DNA of 64,000 nucleotides from a virus: IMG/VR virus record IMGVR_UViG_3300023174_004273, positions 11,387 to 75,386 of that record; one strand, 5' to 3'. Shown piece by piece: positions 38,920 to 48,554 of this stretch (position 1 is its first letter; each line of letters starts with the position of its first letter). The notes under the pieces were generated by a model. It saw only the letters and a program-made list of their open reading frames with translations, ran no database searches and was not told where the DNA came from. The position numbers and the translations under genes were made by a program.

Positions 38920-38947
38920 ATTATACAGCACTTATTTAAGAAGTCAA
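38920..38947 (-). promoter_or_regulatory. sigma70 promoter with nested late box; leaderless uvsW start
   Basis: TTGACT, 16 bp, TATAAT, with TAAATA in the spacer; ATG 6 nt after the -10. Confidence 0.7.
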
Positions 38948-38977
38948 AAAAACAGGCACCTTTTTAGGGTTGCCTGT
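38946..38977 (-). terminator. intrinsic terminator after the ATPase gene
   Basis: ACAGGCA..TGCCTGT stem followed by a U-tract on the minus strand. Confidence 0.8.
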
Positions 38978-39029
38978 GTAAAGTTGGAACGCCTAGGAGC
39001 TAGACTATAATGACGTTCCAAAGATACTG

Positions 39030-40052
39030 TTAGTGTTTCATAACAGTATTTTCTGCCAGTGCTCGCCAGTTGGCGCTCACTTTGGTAAGATCCGCAATCT
39101 TCAGCGCCATACGCAGGCTCATTTCGCGGAGTTTGTCTTTGTTCTCGTCCATGAATGCCAAGATCTCATCACCTTGCTCGGGCGTAAAATCATAGTCATT
39201 GAATAACTGACCTTGGCGGAAGATCTGTTTGATGCGCAAGAACTTGTCACGCATGGTATCCAAAGTCAAGTCCAGGAAGTGGCAACGACTTTGCAGGGCT
39301 TCTAAGTGGTCTTGCAGTTTCTTTGACTTGAGGTGATCAAACTTCAAGTTGGTAATAAAAATCGCACTGCCTTTGAAGTCGAACTGATCTGGTACACCTT
39401 CACGACGGAGCATGGCACTGTCTGAGTTCCAGCAGATACGACGCTTCTTGCCTGAGTCCAGGGCGGCCTTGAGGATGTTCAACGATACATCATCTTGGAA
39501 TACGCTGTCACAGTCGTCAAACACAAGGACATTGTTGGGATCTGAGTGACGATACAGAGTGCAGTACAAACCAATGGCAGTCATTGCACCTTTGACCACT
39601 TCATATTTGATCTTGCGACCTGACAGTTGATCAAACAATCCAGCCTTTTCTAGCTGGAACTCAACACCGTAGCTCTTGCCCACACCAGGAGGGCCAACTA
39701 CGATCATAGCACGGATGTCGCCAGCAATAGCGGCCTTGGTCATGTCATCAAGGATGTTGAAACGCTGTTCAATACGAGCCATGACTTCTTCGTCAGTTTC
39801 CACTTTCACGGGTTTCTTGAACTCTACTACTTTGTCTGCTTTGCCCATGGGCCCTCCATCTACAAACTCAATGTCATTGATACTGTCAACTTTGACGCGG
39901 ATTTCACTGGGGAAACCCGGAAAATAATCACCATTGGCAACGGTAACAAAGTTACCTTTGGCACTGGTTGTGAAATCTTTCACCAACGCAAAAGTGGCGT
40001 TGACGATGGGTTGGTTGCGATATACACCGCGGATGATACGAACTGTGCTCAT
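39030..40052 (-). CDS. P-loop (AAA-like) ATPase
   Basis: GPPGVGKS, VLVFDDCD, IFITN, ALQSR; AGGAG SD. Confidence 0.85.
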   Translation of the reverse strand: MSTVRIIRGVYRNQPIVNATFALVKDFTTSAKGNFVTVANGDYFPGFPSEIRVKVDSINDIEFVDGGPMGKADKVVEFKKPVKVETDEEVMARIEQRFNILDDMTKAAIAGDIRAMIVVGPPGVGKSYGVEFQLEKAGLFDQLSGRKIKYEVVKGAMTAIGLYCTLYRHSDPNNVLVFDDCDSVFQDDVSLNILKAALDSGKKRRICWNSDSAMLRREGVPDQFDFKGSAIFITNLKFDHLKSKKLQDHLEALQSRCHFLDLTLDTMRDKFLRIKQIFRQGQLFNDYDFTPEQGDEILAFMDENKDKLREMSLRMALKIADLTKVSANWRALAENTVMKH

Positions 40053-40086
40053 TTAGTCTGCTCCTAAAATGACGTTACAAAACAAT

Positions 40087-40338
40087 ATTGTATGCGGATT
40101 CTCTTTTGATGTCAATACGGAATCTATGCTATACAAGACCAATAAACAACAACATACATAATCCAAATCATGTGCCGTCCTTGTTTACTTACTATACCAT
40201 TATTATAGCAAAATGGGCATTTCTGGTCAACCCCGTATTTTTCCTGGGTTTTTTGGTGTTGTTTTTATGCAACATCTGGGTTTTGCCCGTTTTGCTAGTG
40301 AACAGGGTTAGTATAGCATTTATTGGATTTTGTGTCAA
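40087..40338 (-). promoter_or_regulatory. three tandem consensus sigma70 promoters
   Basis: TTGACA-17-TATACT (40338-40310), TTGACC-17-TATAAT (40230-40202) and TTGACA-17-TACAAT (40115-40087); palindrome TGTTG-N8-CAACA at 40257-40274. Confidence 0.85.
40124..40171 (-). CDS. 15-aa hydrophobic mini-ORF
   Basis: MIWIMYVVVYWSCIA* after an AAGGA SD, downstream of the middle promoter. Confidence 0.4.
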   Translation of the reverse strand: MIWIMYVVVYWSCIA

Positions 40339-40342
40339 CCAT

Positions 40343-40372
40343 AAAAAAAGGGCTAAAAATAGCCCTTTTTAT
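40343..40372. terminator. bidirectional intrinsic terminator
   Basis: AAAAAGGGCTA-aaaa-TAGCCCTTTTT. Confidence 0.85.
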
Positions 40373-40388
40373 CTGACTGGAAGTCTTG

Positions 40389-40787
40389 TTAAACTATGGT
40401 TCCAACCTTGTAGTTAAACAGATTGAATGTTATAGTTTCTCCGGCGCTGATTTCAAAAAACCAGCCGGCCCAGTCTTGAGTAAGAACAAAACCAACATCC
40501 GAGCTAGGTTGTTCGGGTGGTTGTCCATTGATTAGGATGTTTTTACGCATGTCTATGCCTGCATCACCAAGACATGATCCAACCGAAATCACGCCAGACG
40601 TCACTGTGATGGTCATTGATGCCGTGGCTTCGTCCGTGGCATTTTTCCAATCAAATAACAAAATATCTGTTTCTGTGTCAAGTGGAACCCCTTGTCCGAC
40701 TTGCCCACTGAACACTTCTTCACCGTTGAACAATGCTGTTACCGCTGCCGGTGTTGAAAATATCCTGCCAAGTATGTTTGCGTTCAT
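40389..40787 (-). CDS. hypothetical beta-rich late protein
   Basis: TATAAATA upstream, AAGGA SD, terminator downstream. Confidence 0.65.
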   Translation of the reverse strand: MNANILGRIFSTPAAVTALFNGEEVFSGQVGQGVPLDTETDILLFDWKNATDEATASMTITVTSGVISVGSCLGDAGIDMRKNILINGQPPEQPSSDVGFVLTQDWAGWFFEISAGETITFNLFNYKVGTIV

Positions 40788-40832
40788 AATAAATCCTTTT
40801 AGTCAATAAAGTTTGGTGTAGTATTTATACGT

Positions 40833-41585
40833 CTATTTCCAGTGCTGTAAAACAGTTGGGTCCGAGATTTCGTGTGGTTTTGGACTGCCATGGAATATCA
40901 AAACACTGGTCTGCGGGGGCAACGATGTGCCAGCACCGGGATTTTTGTGTTTACGGAATCTAAAATCGTAGCCGCCGTCTTGTAGTTCCCAGCGCCAGCT
41001 TTTCACAAACTCTGTGTCAAAATAACCAACTTGCCCTGGGGGCATTTTTTCCTGTATGTAATCTTGATCGCCGTGCCAGCGATTCCTTTTTTGTACAACA
41101 TCACTGGGATCAAACTCTCTGTAGACGTGATCCCAACGAGCAGGATCAAACCACATGACCGATGAGTTTATGGTAGATCTGCTGGGGCGGAATAGATACT
41201 TGAAATCTTGCACGGCCCAAAATCGATCAGTGGGCAACTGCCAGATCCAATCTATGTTGCCCACGATCACCGTGTCTAGATCAAAGTACAACAGGGGCCC
41301 TGCATGCTGTCTACGATCAAACAACTGTATCTTGTACCACCAACTGCGTTTGGGACCTCGTATGTTTTCCCACTCTTGCAAAGGATGGTGTATCATGTGC
41401 CCGGGCACTATCCTATGCTTTTCGGTGTAAACGTGCATCCTTACCGTGGGCGTGAGGTTGCGGCAAAGACTGTTGTAAAGTTTGTCTACATAATCCCATT
41501 GATACTGCACATCGTGTATGAGACATGCGCAGTCAATGACTTCTATGGGTTCTGGCGCAACCTGCTGCCTATTCTTTTTAACCAT
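40833..41585 (-). CDS. GT-A glycosyltransferase (GT8-like)
   Basis: WWYKI.LF, YFDLD, NSSVM, GDQD, FHG.PKP. Confidence 0.8.
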   Translation of the reverse strand: MVKKNRQQVAPEPIEVIDCACLIHDVQYQWDYVDKLYNSLCRNLTPTVRMHVYTEKHRIVPGHMIHHPLQEWENIRGPKRSWWYKIQLFDRRQHAGPLLYFDLDTVIVGNIDWIWQLPTDRFWAVQDFKYLFRPSRSTINSSVMWFDPARWDHVYREFDPSDVVQKRNRWHGDQDYIQEKMPPGQVGYFDTEFVKSWRWELQDGGYDFRFRKHKNPGAGTSLPPQTSVLIFHGSPKPHEISDPTVLQHWK

Positions 41586-42397
41586 TGTGCTTGTTTTATT
41601 TCTTCTACTGTGTACTCAGTGTGACATATTTCGGCCAACCATTGAGATCTGTCACACACGGGCCTCTGCTCTATCTGTTGTGTAGTTATCGAGATTGGAT
41701 AGGCCAGGCTTGATGAATCTACTATCACCGGACAGCCTTCGATACCTGCTTGTATACCTGGTCCGGAGTTATAGTTGACCAAGGCTTGATAATCAAACCT
41801 TAGATCAAAACTGTCATAGGTTTGTTTTAGTTTTTGCGGTGTTTCGATGGAAACACCTTTGGGCAGATTATTCAATGCGATCTTGTATCTTGGATGAGGG
41901 CGTACCAATATAGGTCTGTCAGTGGCTGATCGGATTTGGTTGATCTGCTGATATAACCAGGATTCGTGATTGATTCCTTGCATTTGCAAACTGGTCTGGT
42001 GCTGTAGACAGATCAGCACAGCAGGATTTCCTGGCAGCGTGTGTCCAAGACTTATGCCCAACTTCTTGGGTCTATCCCAATCTAGATTTTCTTGATGTCC
42101 ATAATAACCAAGAGCATTGATATTGTTGATCGCTATCTTCCAGGTGCGTCCTCTATAAAGAGCACCGACATCTATCACTATCACAGGTTTGTTTTGTGCT
42201 CGATAGTGTTCGTAGACCTGTTGGTTAGCCATCATGCGCCCGTGCCACAGCACTGACCAGATCACTGCGGCATCTGCGGTCCAGGAGTTTTCTAGTGCAA
42301 CAATCTTGCCAATGTTACAACTGTCAAGAAAGGCATCCATCACTGGCCTGCTGTTGAGAGCGCATTGGGAAGGAAAATAGGCTATATTTTTAATCAC
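41543..42397 (-). CDS. capsule-biosynthesis-like (KpsS/KpsC-type GT-B) protein
   Basis: CLQ, ILVRPHP, YNSGPGIQA.IEG.PV. Confidence 0.6.
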   Translation of the reverse strand: MIKNIAYFPSQCALNSRPVMDAFLDSCNIGKIVALENSWTADAAVIWSVLWHGRMMANQQVYEHYRAQNKPVIVIDVGALYRGRTWKIAINNINALGYYGHQENLDWDRPKKLGISLGHTLPGNPAVLICLQHQTSLQMQGINHESWLYQQINQIRSATDRPILVRPHPRYKIALNNLPKGVSIETPQKLKQTYDSFDLRFDYQALVNYNSGPGIQAGIEGCPVIVDSSSLAYPISITTQQIEQRPVCDRSQWLAEICHTEYTVEEIKQAQWLKRIGSRLRQNP

Positions 42398-42410
42398 TAA
42401 ATATCCAACA

Positions 42411-43247
42411 ATGAGTTACAGTATAGTTACCACATTCAATCAGTCGGGCTTGGATCTTTATGGAAGAACCATGATCCAAAGTTTTGATCAACATTGGCCG
42501 CATGATATTAATCTTTATGTTTATACCGAAAACTGCGTGGTGCCAGCAACAAATCGCATATTGGTAAGAGACCTGCTGGTATCATCACCTGATCTAGTGG
42601 AGTTCAAACAGCGCCATGCCAACAACCCTGTGGCCAATGGAATGGTTGCCAAGGACACAGGTGTGCCATTCAAAGATAATGCGTTCAAATGGGACGCTGT
42701 GCGTTTCAGCCACAAGGTCTTTGCAGTGATACATGCAGTAGAGCACTGTGACACAGACTGGGTGATATGGTTAGACGCAGATACCAAAACCTTTGCTACA
42801 GTGCCTGATTCTTTCTTGTCAGAGATTTGCAACAGTCGGGCCATGTGTTGTTATTTGGGTCGCAGAGAAAAATATCACAGCGAATGTGGCTGGGTGGCTT
42901 ACAATCGTCGGCACTTGGATTTGCAGGATTTTATGATCCAGTGGCGAGATCTTTACATGAGTGATAACATATTTGATTTAAAAGAGTTCCACGACAGTTT
43001 TGTTTTTGATGTTCTTAGAAAAAAGTTCCAACAAGAACGTGGCACTGTTTTCCATAATCTCAGTCCTGAACTGCCCGGCAAAGGACCTGGACATCCTTTT
43101 ATAGCCAGCAGGCTGGGACAGTACATGGATCACATGAAAGGTAGCAAACGCAAGGCACTGGGGCACAGCATGCCTGACGACTACGAAAGAAATCACGGGC
43201 TTAACAGCTCGATTCCGTATTGGAGTCAAGTGTTTGGCAAACGATGA
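42411..43247 (+). CDS. GT-A glycosyltransferase/nucleotide-diphospho-sugar transferase
   Basis: DAVRFSHKV, WLDAD, HSECG, HDSFVFD, DHMKG; TAAATA 7 nt before the ATG. Confidence 0.75.
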   Translation: MSYSIVTTFNQSGLDLYGRTMIQSFDQHWPHDINLYVYTENCVVPATNRILVRDLLVSSPDLVEFKQRHANNPVANGMVAKDTGVPFKDNAFKWDAVRFSHKVFAVIHAVEHCDTDWVIWLDADTKTFATVPDSFLSEICNSRAMCCYLGRREKYHSECGWVAYNRRHLDLQDFMIQWRDLYMSDNIFDLKEFHDSFVFDVLRKKFQQERGTVFHNLSPELPGKGPGHPFIASRLGQYMDHMKGSKRKALGHSMPDDYERNHGLNSSIPYWSQVFGKR

Positions 43248-44146
43248 CGCATGAATCTCCAAGCATCGCCAGAGTCTAGCTCATCAGCATTCCAATGGCA
43301 CTGTGCCAGTTTATGATAAAACTCTTCTCGGTCAGGTCGCAAGGGGTTTTCTATCTGCCCAAGGTCTGAGCAGGCATAGGGCCAGGCTTGACTCCGTGTC
43401 GGAGTTGGATCGGTGACCCATACAGGTACTCCCCACAACAGACTGGCCACTCCTGGACTAGAGTTATAGGTCACAGTGGCCCAGGCATTGTTTAAATCTT
43501 CCCTTAGGTCTGCGTGAGTACTCCAGGAGATGTTTTTCAAGTTAGGAAATCGTATAGTTGGCACTATGGCAATGTTGCCTGGGTGTGGTCTTACGACTAT
43601 ACGCCTATCAGATACGGCTCGTATTTTAGGCAATATATCGTCTAACCATTGTTGCACGGGCATGTCTCCCATGCTCCATCCTCCATTGCGTTGCAGAGTG
43701 ACCAGTATGTGTTGACCATTGACGTTCCAGTTTCGTTCAACGAATCCGTAGTTAGATTTTATTGAGAACCAACGTATGGGATCTACTTCGCGATCAAAAT
43801 AATATCCACGATCAGGAAAAACATCCCCGACGCTGTATCTAAGATATTTGTTGAAATCATTGGGTTCGAGGAAACCATAAAGATTGCTGTCAATGGCTAT
43901 CACATGGTTTTTATTTTTTCGTTGATGTTTGATCACCGCACTGCGCAAAGCAAGATGTGGTGATTGTTTACTGTTGACCCATCCTTGTATCACTGCCACG
44001 TCGCAGTCTATGGGTGCCAGTTGGTCAACCAAGAACACTTCATCGCCTGCTTTCTTGGCACCGTAGGCAAACCGAGTCAATATCGATCTTTTAAACTCGT
44101 TTTTGGCTTTAGCAGGTACCCCTGAAAGATATACCGCGAGTTTCAT
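43226..44146 (-). CDS. capsule-biosynthesis-like GT-B protein
   Basis: TLQR, IVVRPHP, TYNSSPGVAS...GVPV; start MKLAV (TGATG overlap). Confidence 0.6.
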   Translation of the reverse strand: MKLAVYLSGVPAKAKNEFKRSILTRFAYGAKKAGDEVFLVDQLAPIDCDVAVIQGWVNSKQSPHLALRSAVIKHQRKNKNHVIAIDSNLYGFLEPNDFNKYLRYSVGDVFPDRGYYFDREVDPIRWFSIKSNYGFVERNWNVNGQHILVTLQRNGGWSMGDMPVQQWLDDILPKIRAVSDRRIVVRPHPGNIAIVPTIRFPNLKNISWSTHADLREDLNNAWATVTYNSSPGVASLLWGVPVWVTDPTPTRSQAWPYACSDLGQIENPLRPDREEFYHKLAQCHWNADELDSGDAWRFMRHRLPNT

Positions 44147-45150
44147 CAGGTATTTCCGTTGATCACTGACCAAGCATACCCTGTGCGCATTTCTTCAAGA
44201 GTAAACTGATGATAGGCCAAGCAAGCCATTAGCTGGTGTACTTGGTCTCGGTCAGGGCAGAAAGGAGTCTCGATCTTGGACAAGTCAGTGTTGGCCAAGG
44301 GCTGTGCGGCGTTGGGACCCATGGTAAAAACAGGTTTACCGTAGATCAAGGCCTCCACAGCGGCAATGGAGTTGAATGTGACCAAGCAATGGACGTCCTG
44401 ACTCAGTGCGTTTTCCATGGTGTCCACTGTGGCTCTTACATTTCGGGGCTGTTTGGTGCGTATCACGATTTCTCGATCAGTGTGTTCTCTGATGGTTTGT
44501 ACTGTAGAGTCTAGCCATTGATCAAGATCTAGATTCCAATACTTCATGGCCTTTTCACTGGGAGGGCAAATCAATACCTTTGATCCGGATTTCATTCTTC
44601 CAATCTTGACTCCGCATCTTTCTAATCTATCTGTGGGTCGATCTTCTGTGGGTCCTAGCCATTGCATGGCATTTTTAGTGACGCGATGATAATCTTTGAC
44701 CTTGCCATTGCCAAAATAACCTGTGTCAATGTAATAGTAATCTCTACCTTGCTGTTCACAGGCCATCATGATTTTTTTCTTTGTTATGCTCCTGAGAGCT
44801 ATGGGCAACTTGGTGTGTTCAATGTCTACCCAAGGGCTCATGCGCCCGGCGCAACCTTGCACAAATGCATGTACCACTCCATCCCATTTCGCACCTTTTT
44901 GTTTCATCTTGTCTGTTATATCCTCTTTTTCACTGAGCCCGACCAACTGATTGACGCGGATGTCGTCGAGCCAGGACAGCATTTCTTTGCGCTTTACCGT
45001 TGAGCCAAAATGTCCGTTGGGGTCTTCTACCCACGAAACAACTTTTTTAAAATAGTCTCGATATTGAGGACATAAATGTAACTCGTCAATGCCTATCGCT
45101 CTATGATCTACCGGTTGCTTGATTGGCTCTTGTGGATCTTCTTCGCTCAT
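44146..45150 (-). CDS. capsule-biosynthesis-like GT-B protein
   Basis: IDTGYF, ICPPS, IVIRTK, TFNSIAAVEA...GKPVF. Confidence 0.6.
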   Translation of the reverse strand: MSEEDPQEPIKQPVDHRAIGIDELHLCPQYRDYFKKVVSWVEDPNGHFGSTVKRKEMLSWLDDIRVNQLVGLSEKEDITDKMKQKGAKWDGVVHAFVQGCAGRMSPWVDIEHTKLPIALRSITKKKIMMACEQQGRDYYYIDTGYFGNGKVKDYHRVTKNAMQWLGPTEDRPTDRLERCGVKIGRMKSGSKVLICPPSEKAMKYWNLDLDQWLDSTVQTIREHTDREIVIRTKQPRNVRATVDTMENALSQDVHCLVTFNSIAAVEALIYGKPVFTMGPNAAQPLANTDLSKIETPFCPDRDQVHQLMACLAYHQFTLEEMRTGYAWSVINGNT

Positions 45151-45830
45151 GTTGTTTGTTGACAGTGGTCAGTTAGTTGATGTTCTTGATGCCACACTTC
45201 GGCCATGGGTGTGTCTTTAAACTCGTTAAAACAAGGTGTGCCCAATGTGTAGTGCAACAGCTTGGCGTTTTCGTTTGGACCAAACTCGTCGGGCAACCAG
45301 TTCCATTCAACGGGCAAAGATCCTATGCGGTCGTCATCTAACCACGTGAAACGGTGGAGTAAACTGCCGGTGGCGTTTTGAATGAACTCAGGGGTAAGTT
45401 TTCTGTTAGGAAAGCTACTACAGTTCCACAAAATAACACTAGACCAATTTTTCCTAGGATAGTCTTCATTTTTTGCTCCCATGTATTTGACTGGCATGCG
45501 TGTCTTGTAATCATGTTTGACTACCATGACATCTTTGTTTGATTGTCTAAGATTCCAGAGCTTGGCGATATCATCTCGAACGATCATATCTCCGTCAATG
45601 AATATTGCCCACCCTGACCAGTGCATGAGCCAAGGTACAAGAAATCTTGTATAAACAAAATGATTGCTGTTATCGCCGTGCGTTTCTTTGTATTCAGCAA
45701 ACAAGTTCAGTGCCACAGGATGTATGGCCACTGGTTGCGTGGCATGACGGATGATAGAGTTTACACAGGTATGATAGGCCACGGCTTCTCGAGGATCGTA
45801 GCCTATAAAGATAGGTATGATGTCTTTCAT
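45147..45830 (-). CDS. GT-A glycosyltransferase
   Basis: IFIGYDPRE, RFLVP, FIDGD, YPRKNWSS, HYTLGTP. Confidence 0.8.
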   Translation of the reverse strand: MKDIIPIFIGYDPREAVAYHTCVNSIIRHATQPVAIHPVALNLFAEYKETHGDNSNHFVYTRFLVPWLMHWSGWAIFIDGDMIVRDDIAKLWNLRQSNKDVMVVKHDYKTRMPVKYMGAKNEDYPRKNWSSVILWNCSSFPNRKLTPEFIQNATGSLLHRFTWLDDDRIGSLPVEWNWLPDEFGPNENAKLLHYTLGTPCFNEFKDTPMAEVWHQEHQLTDHCQQTT

Positions 45831-46588
45831 TGTCGTTCTATGTCACTTTCCTCGCATCGATCTCCGTACTGTATTTCTATTACTTTCAAAGGCACAGTGC
45901 TTTCATTGGCCAGTTGATGCCACTCTCGACGGTTGATCACGATCATTTGATTCTGCGTATAGCGACCATGCAGTTCTGCGTCTGATTTTCTATTGATAGT
46001 GTATAACGTAGCTTCGCCTTCGCTGACGAACCATAGTTCTCCTCTATCCTCGTGGCGTTGCATGCTCAGAGTTTTACCAGGATCCACTGTGAGTTCTTTG
46101 AGTTTGACTTTTGAGTTTGGTTCATATAGCACTCGATAGTATCCCCATGGTCTTTCTGTTTTTGGTGCTCGCCATTCTTCTAATATCCAAGAACTAGAAT
46201 TTTTCTTATCCTCACCACCCACGCCAAACACAAACTCACAGCGTGGATCGTCTACATCCATCTCAGGAATGTTTTTGGCGGTTCTGTCACCACCGTTGGC
46301 AAAGATCAGTTCGGCATCGGGGTAGTGTGCTCGGACCTGACGTATAAAGGCCTTGGCTGATCCATCTGAATCATCAAAAGTATACACTTCATCTACCATG
46401 ATCAGGTTATTGATCACTGCCAAACGTTCGTTCCAGGGCATGAAGGCTCGACCTTTTTTATGAGTCAACCATTCATCACTGTTGAGCCCCACAATCAACA
46501 TGTCTCCCAAGGTTCGGGCGGCTTTAAAATAAGCAATATGCCCAGAGTGTACAGGGTCGAACCCCCCAGTTACCATAACTATTTTCAT
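45827..46588 (-). CDS. cytidylyltransferase-like (HxGH) plus mannose-6-P-isomerase-type cupin fusion
   Basis: TGGFDPVHSGH, GLNSD, FANGGDR, NSSS, then RPWG.Y, LSMQRH, EIQYG..C.E.DIER. Confidence 0.88.
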   Translation of the reverse strand: MKIVMVTGGFDPVHSGHIAYFKAARTLGDMLIVGLNSDEWLTHKKGRAFMPWNERLAVINNLIMVDEVYTFDDSDGSAKAFIRQVRAHYPDAELIFANGGDRTAKNIPEMDVDDPRCEFVFGVGGEDKKNSSSWILEEWRAPKTERPWGYYRVLYEPNSKVKLKELTVDPGKTLSMQRHEDRGELWFVSEGEATLYTINRKSDAELHGRYTQNQMIVINRREWHQLANESTVPLKVIEIQYGDRCEESDIERQ

Positions 46589-46595
46589 ATAAATC

Positions 46596-47192
46596 TCACA
46601 AATCTAAAGGTGTCAGTTTTTCTTTTGTAATACGACCGTCCTCTGCCCACTTCCAATAAATTTTTTTAGAAGTCCAATCGGCACTAGATTGTAAAGTTTC
46701 TAACCACCATTGTCTAGATTTAATAGTTACCTGTTTAGGACTGCCGTCAGGATACTTTTTGTTTGAACGTTCAATGTCACTTTGAACTACAAAAAAAACT
46801 GCCTGTCCGCATCTTTTATGAATTTGTTGAAATACCAATGGTAAATCCAGCGAAGGGATCAAACTCAGTACATCAGTACAGATTACAAGATCAAATGGCT
46901 GCTCAGGTGGTAACTCACTGAATTCGGCTACTGCAGGATCATAACAAGTCACATTTGACACTCCTAAGTAATCTTTCAACATTGGAGTTTCTTTAAGTGC
47001 CATAATTGGAACCCTCCATTGATGTGCTCTACCACAGCCATAGTCTAATACAGAAGATATGCAACAAGTTTCAGTAATTTGCTTTAGGTATTCATAATAA
47101 CGTATGGTTCGACCTCGATGAGATTTACCACCTTGATGCAATAAACGATTTTGAGATATCTTGTCCCAATACTCAGCACTGAAATCCGACAT
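46596..47192 (-). CDS. SAM-dependent methyltransferase-like protein
   Basis: SVLDYGCG, YDPA, FDLVICTDVL. Confidence 0.8.
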   Translation of the reverse strand: MSDFSAEYWDKISQNRLLHQGGKSHRGRTIRYYEYLKQITETCCISSVLDYGCGRAHQWRVPIMALKETPMLKDYLGVSNVTCYDPAVAEFSELPPEQPFDLVICTDVLSLIPSLDLPLVFQQIHKRCGQAVFFVVQSDIERSNKKYPDGSPKQVTIKSRQWWLETLQSSADWTSKKIYWKWAEDGRITKEKLTPLDL

Positions 47193-47196
47193 TATG

Positions 47197-47230
47197 TTTT
47201 CACCATTATGACATCGTAGTTATGACCATA
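47197..47230. repeat. 34-bp direct repeat, copy 1
   Basis: ttttcaccattatgacatcgtagttatgaccata, identical to 47999-48032. Confidence 0.95.
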
Positions 47231-47253
47231 TTCATAGTGTGATATTTATGTAC

Positions 47254-47994
47254 CTATATTATAACCTGTGTGTCTATTAGAAAATCAAATAGTTTTTTAT
47301 GTGCATTTCTGTTGGCATGCTTTCCGTCAGGAAAAAAGTAATCTGGGTTGGCATCCCAAAGTTCCTGTCTCCTAAGAGTGTTATCAATCAGGCACTCAAT
47401 CAATGCAATCACTGAGTGATCTTGAGTATGAGATTTTAAAAAATCGGCAGCCTTGGAACTGATAGAAAAGTTTTCTTTTTCTACTCTATGGCAATCATTG
47501 ATGCATAAGTTTGTAAAACTTTGACAAGCTATAGAAACTCCTGGGTATTCATCACTAAAACGATCTAACCATACTGTGTCTGACGCCCCACCAATCAGAT
47601 TGATTGTTACTCCATGTTTTTTTGCAATGTCTCGAAGCCCATAATAAAATTGACTCATGAATCTCTGATATATTTTGTCATCGATTGGATCTATTAGACT
47701 GGTATCAAAATCTATGTGATAGGTCGCAGGAGAAAAATCTCTGTACCATTCAGTCTGAAAAACCAAAATATTTTTTACCGGAGAAACAAGGTATCTAGAA
47801 ATGCCTGAGTCAAAAAATCTATGTACAGTTTCAAGTGTGTCTTTGTTGCTAGATCCGGCACGACTGAGATTTATCACATCTCGCCCGGATTCTTTGATAT
47901 ACCTTGACAATCCAGTGTGCAAAACATCATTGGGGCCTGTATACCGTTGGGGCCATTCGCCACAACCCCAACTGTCACCAACTATCAATATCAT
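47254..47994 (-). CDS. SGNH/GDSL-like hydrolase on an inserted cassette
   Basis: VGDSWG, AGSSN, FQTE, DGKHAN; flanked by the 34-bp repeat. Confidence 0.7.
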   Translation of the reverse strand: MILIVGDSWGCGEWPQRYTGPNDVLHTGLSRYIKESGRDVINLSRAGSSNKDTLETVHRFFDSGISRYLVSPVKNILVFQTEWYRDFSPATYHIDFDTSLIDPIDDKIYQRFMSQFYYGLRDIAKKHGVTINLIGGASDTVWLDRFSDEYPGVSIACQSFTNLCINDCHRVEKENFSISSKAADFLKSHTQDHSVIALIECLIDNTLRRQELWDANPDYFFPDGKHANRNAHKKLFDFLIDTQVII

Positions 47995-48554
47995 GCTTTT
48001 TTCACCATTATGACATCGTAGTTATGACCATACAAGTTAGGGTGCTTGTATCTTTTGTCTACCACTGTTATGTTTTCCCATACAATGTTCACAGACATGT
48101 GTGCTAGTATTTGTTCTCGCCACCATGCAGGTTCTTTAACTATGAGATGACAGTTTCTGCCGTCGGGCAAACTTTTTTTGGCCAAATAACAAGCTATCCT
48201 AAAAAACCCACAGCGTTCCATTCGATCGCTCATTACTTTTAAACTGGATGTCAAGTGTTCAGGTTCTATGTGTTCGATGGCATCAGTGGATATGATAGCA
48301 TCAAACGCACGGTCGGGCAAGGTAGAAAAAGCAGGATTTCCAGGATCGTATCCGAACACGTCTATGTTGGGATGGTGTTCTTTGATGGTGGTTATCAATG
48401 CACCTTTGCCACAACCAAAATCAATGAGGTTCTTTGGCGAGTATTGTTGTATAAAAGGGTCAACTAACTTAAACTGCTTGGCACCATTGTTAAACTTACC
48501 ACGCTCGTGCATGGCCTGTATTTGATTTTGATAATCTTGATTGATTATGCTCAT
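47991..48554 (-). CDS. SAM-dependent methyltransferase-like protein
   Basis: LIDFGCGKG, GYDPG, FDAIISTDAIEHI, LPDGRNCH. Confidence 0.82.
   Translation of the reverse strand: MSIINQDYQNQIQAMHERGKFNNGAKQFKLVDPFIQQYSPKNLIDFGCGKGALITTIKEHHPNIDVFGYDPGNPAFSTLPDRAFDAIISTDAIEHIEPEHLTSSLKVMSDRMERCGFFRIACYLAKKSLPDGRNCHLIVKEPAWWREQILAHMSVNIVWENITVVDKRYKHPNLYGHNYDVIMVKKA
47999..48032. repeat. 34-bp direct repeat, copy 2
   Basis: Lies in the last codons (YGHNYDVIMVK) of the 47991-48554 gene. Confidence 0.95.

Noticed and set aside
40088-40417. 109-aa plus-strand ORF
   Set aside because: It overlies three minus-strand promoters and a terminator and has no recognisable motif.
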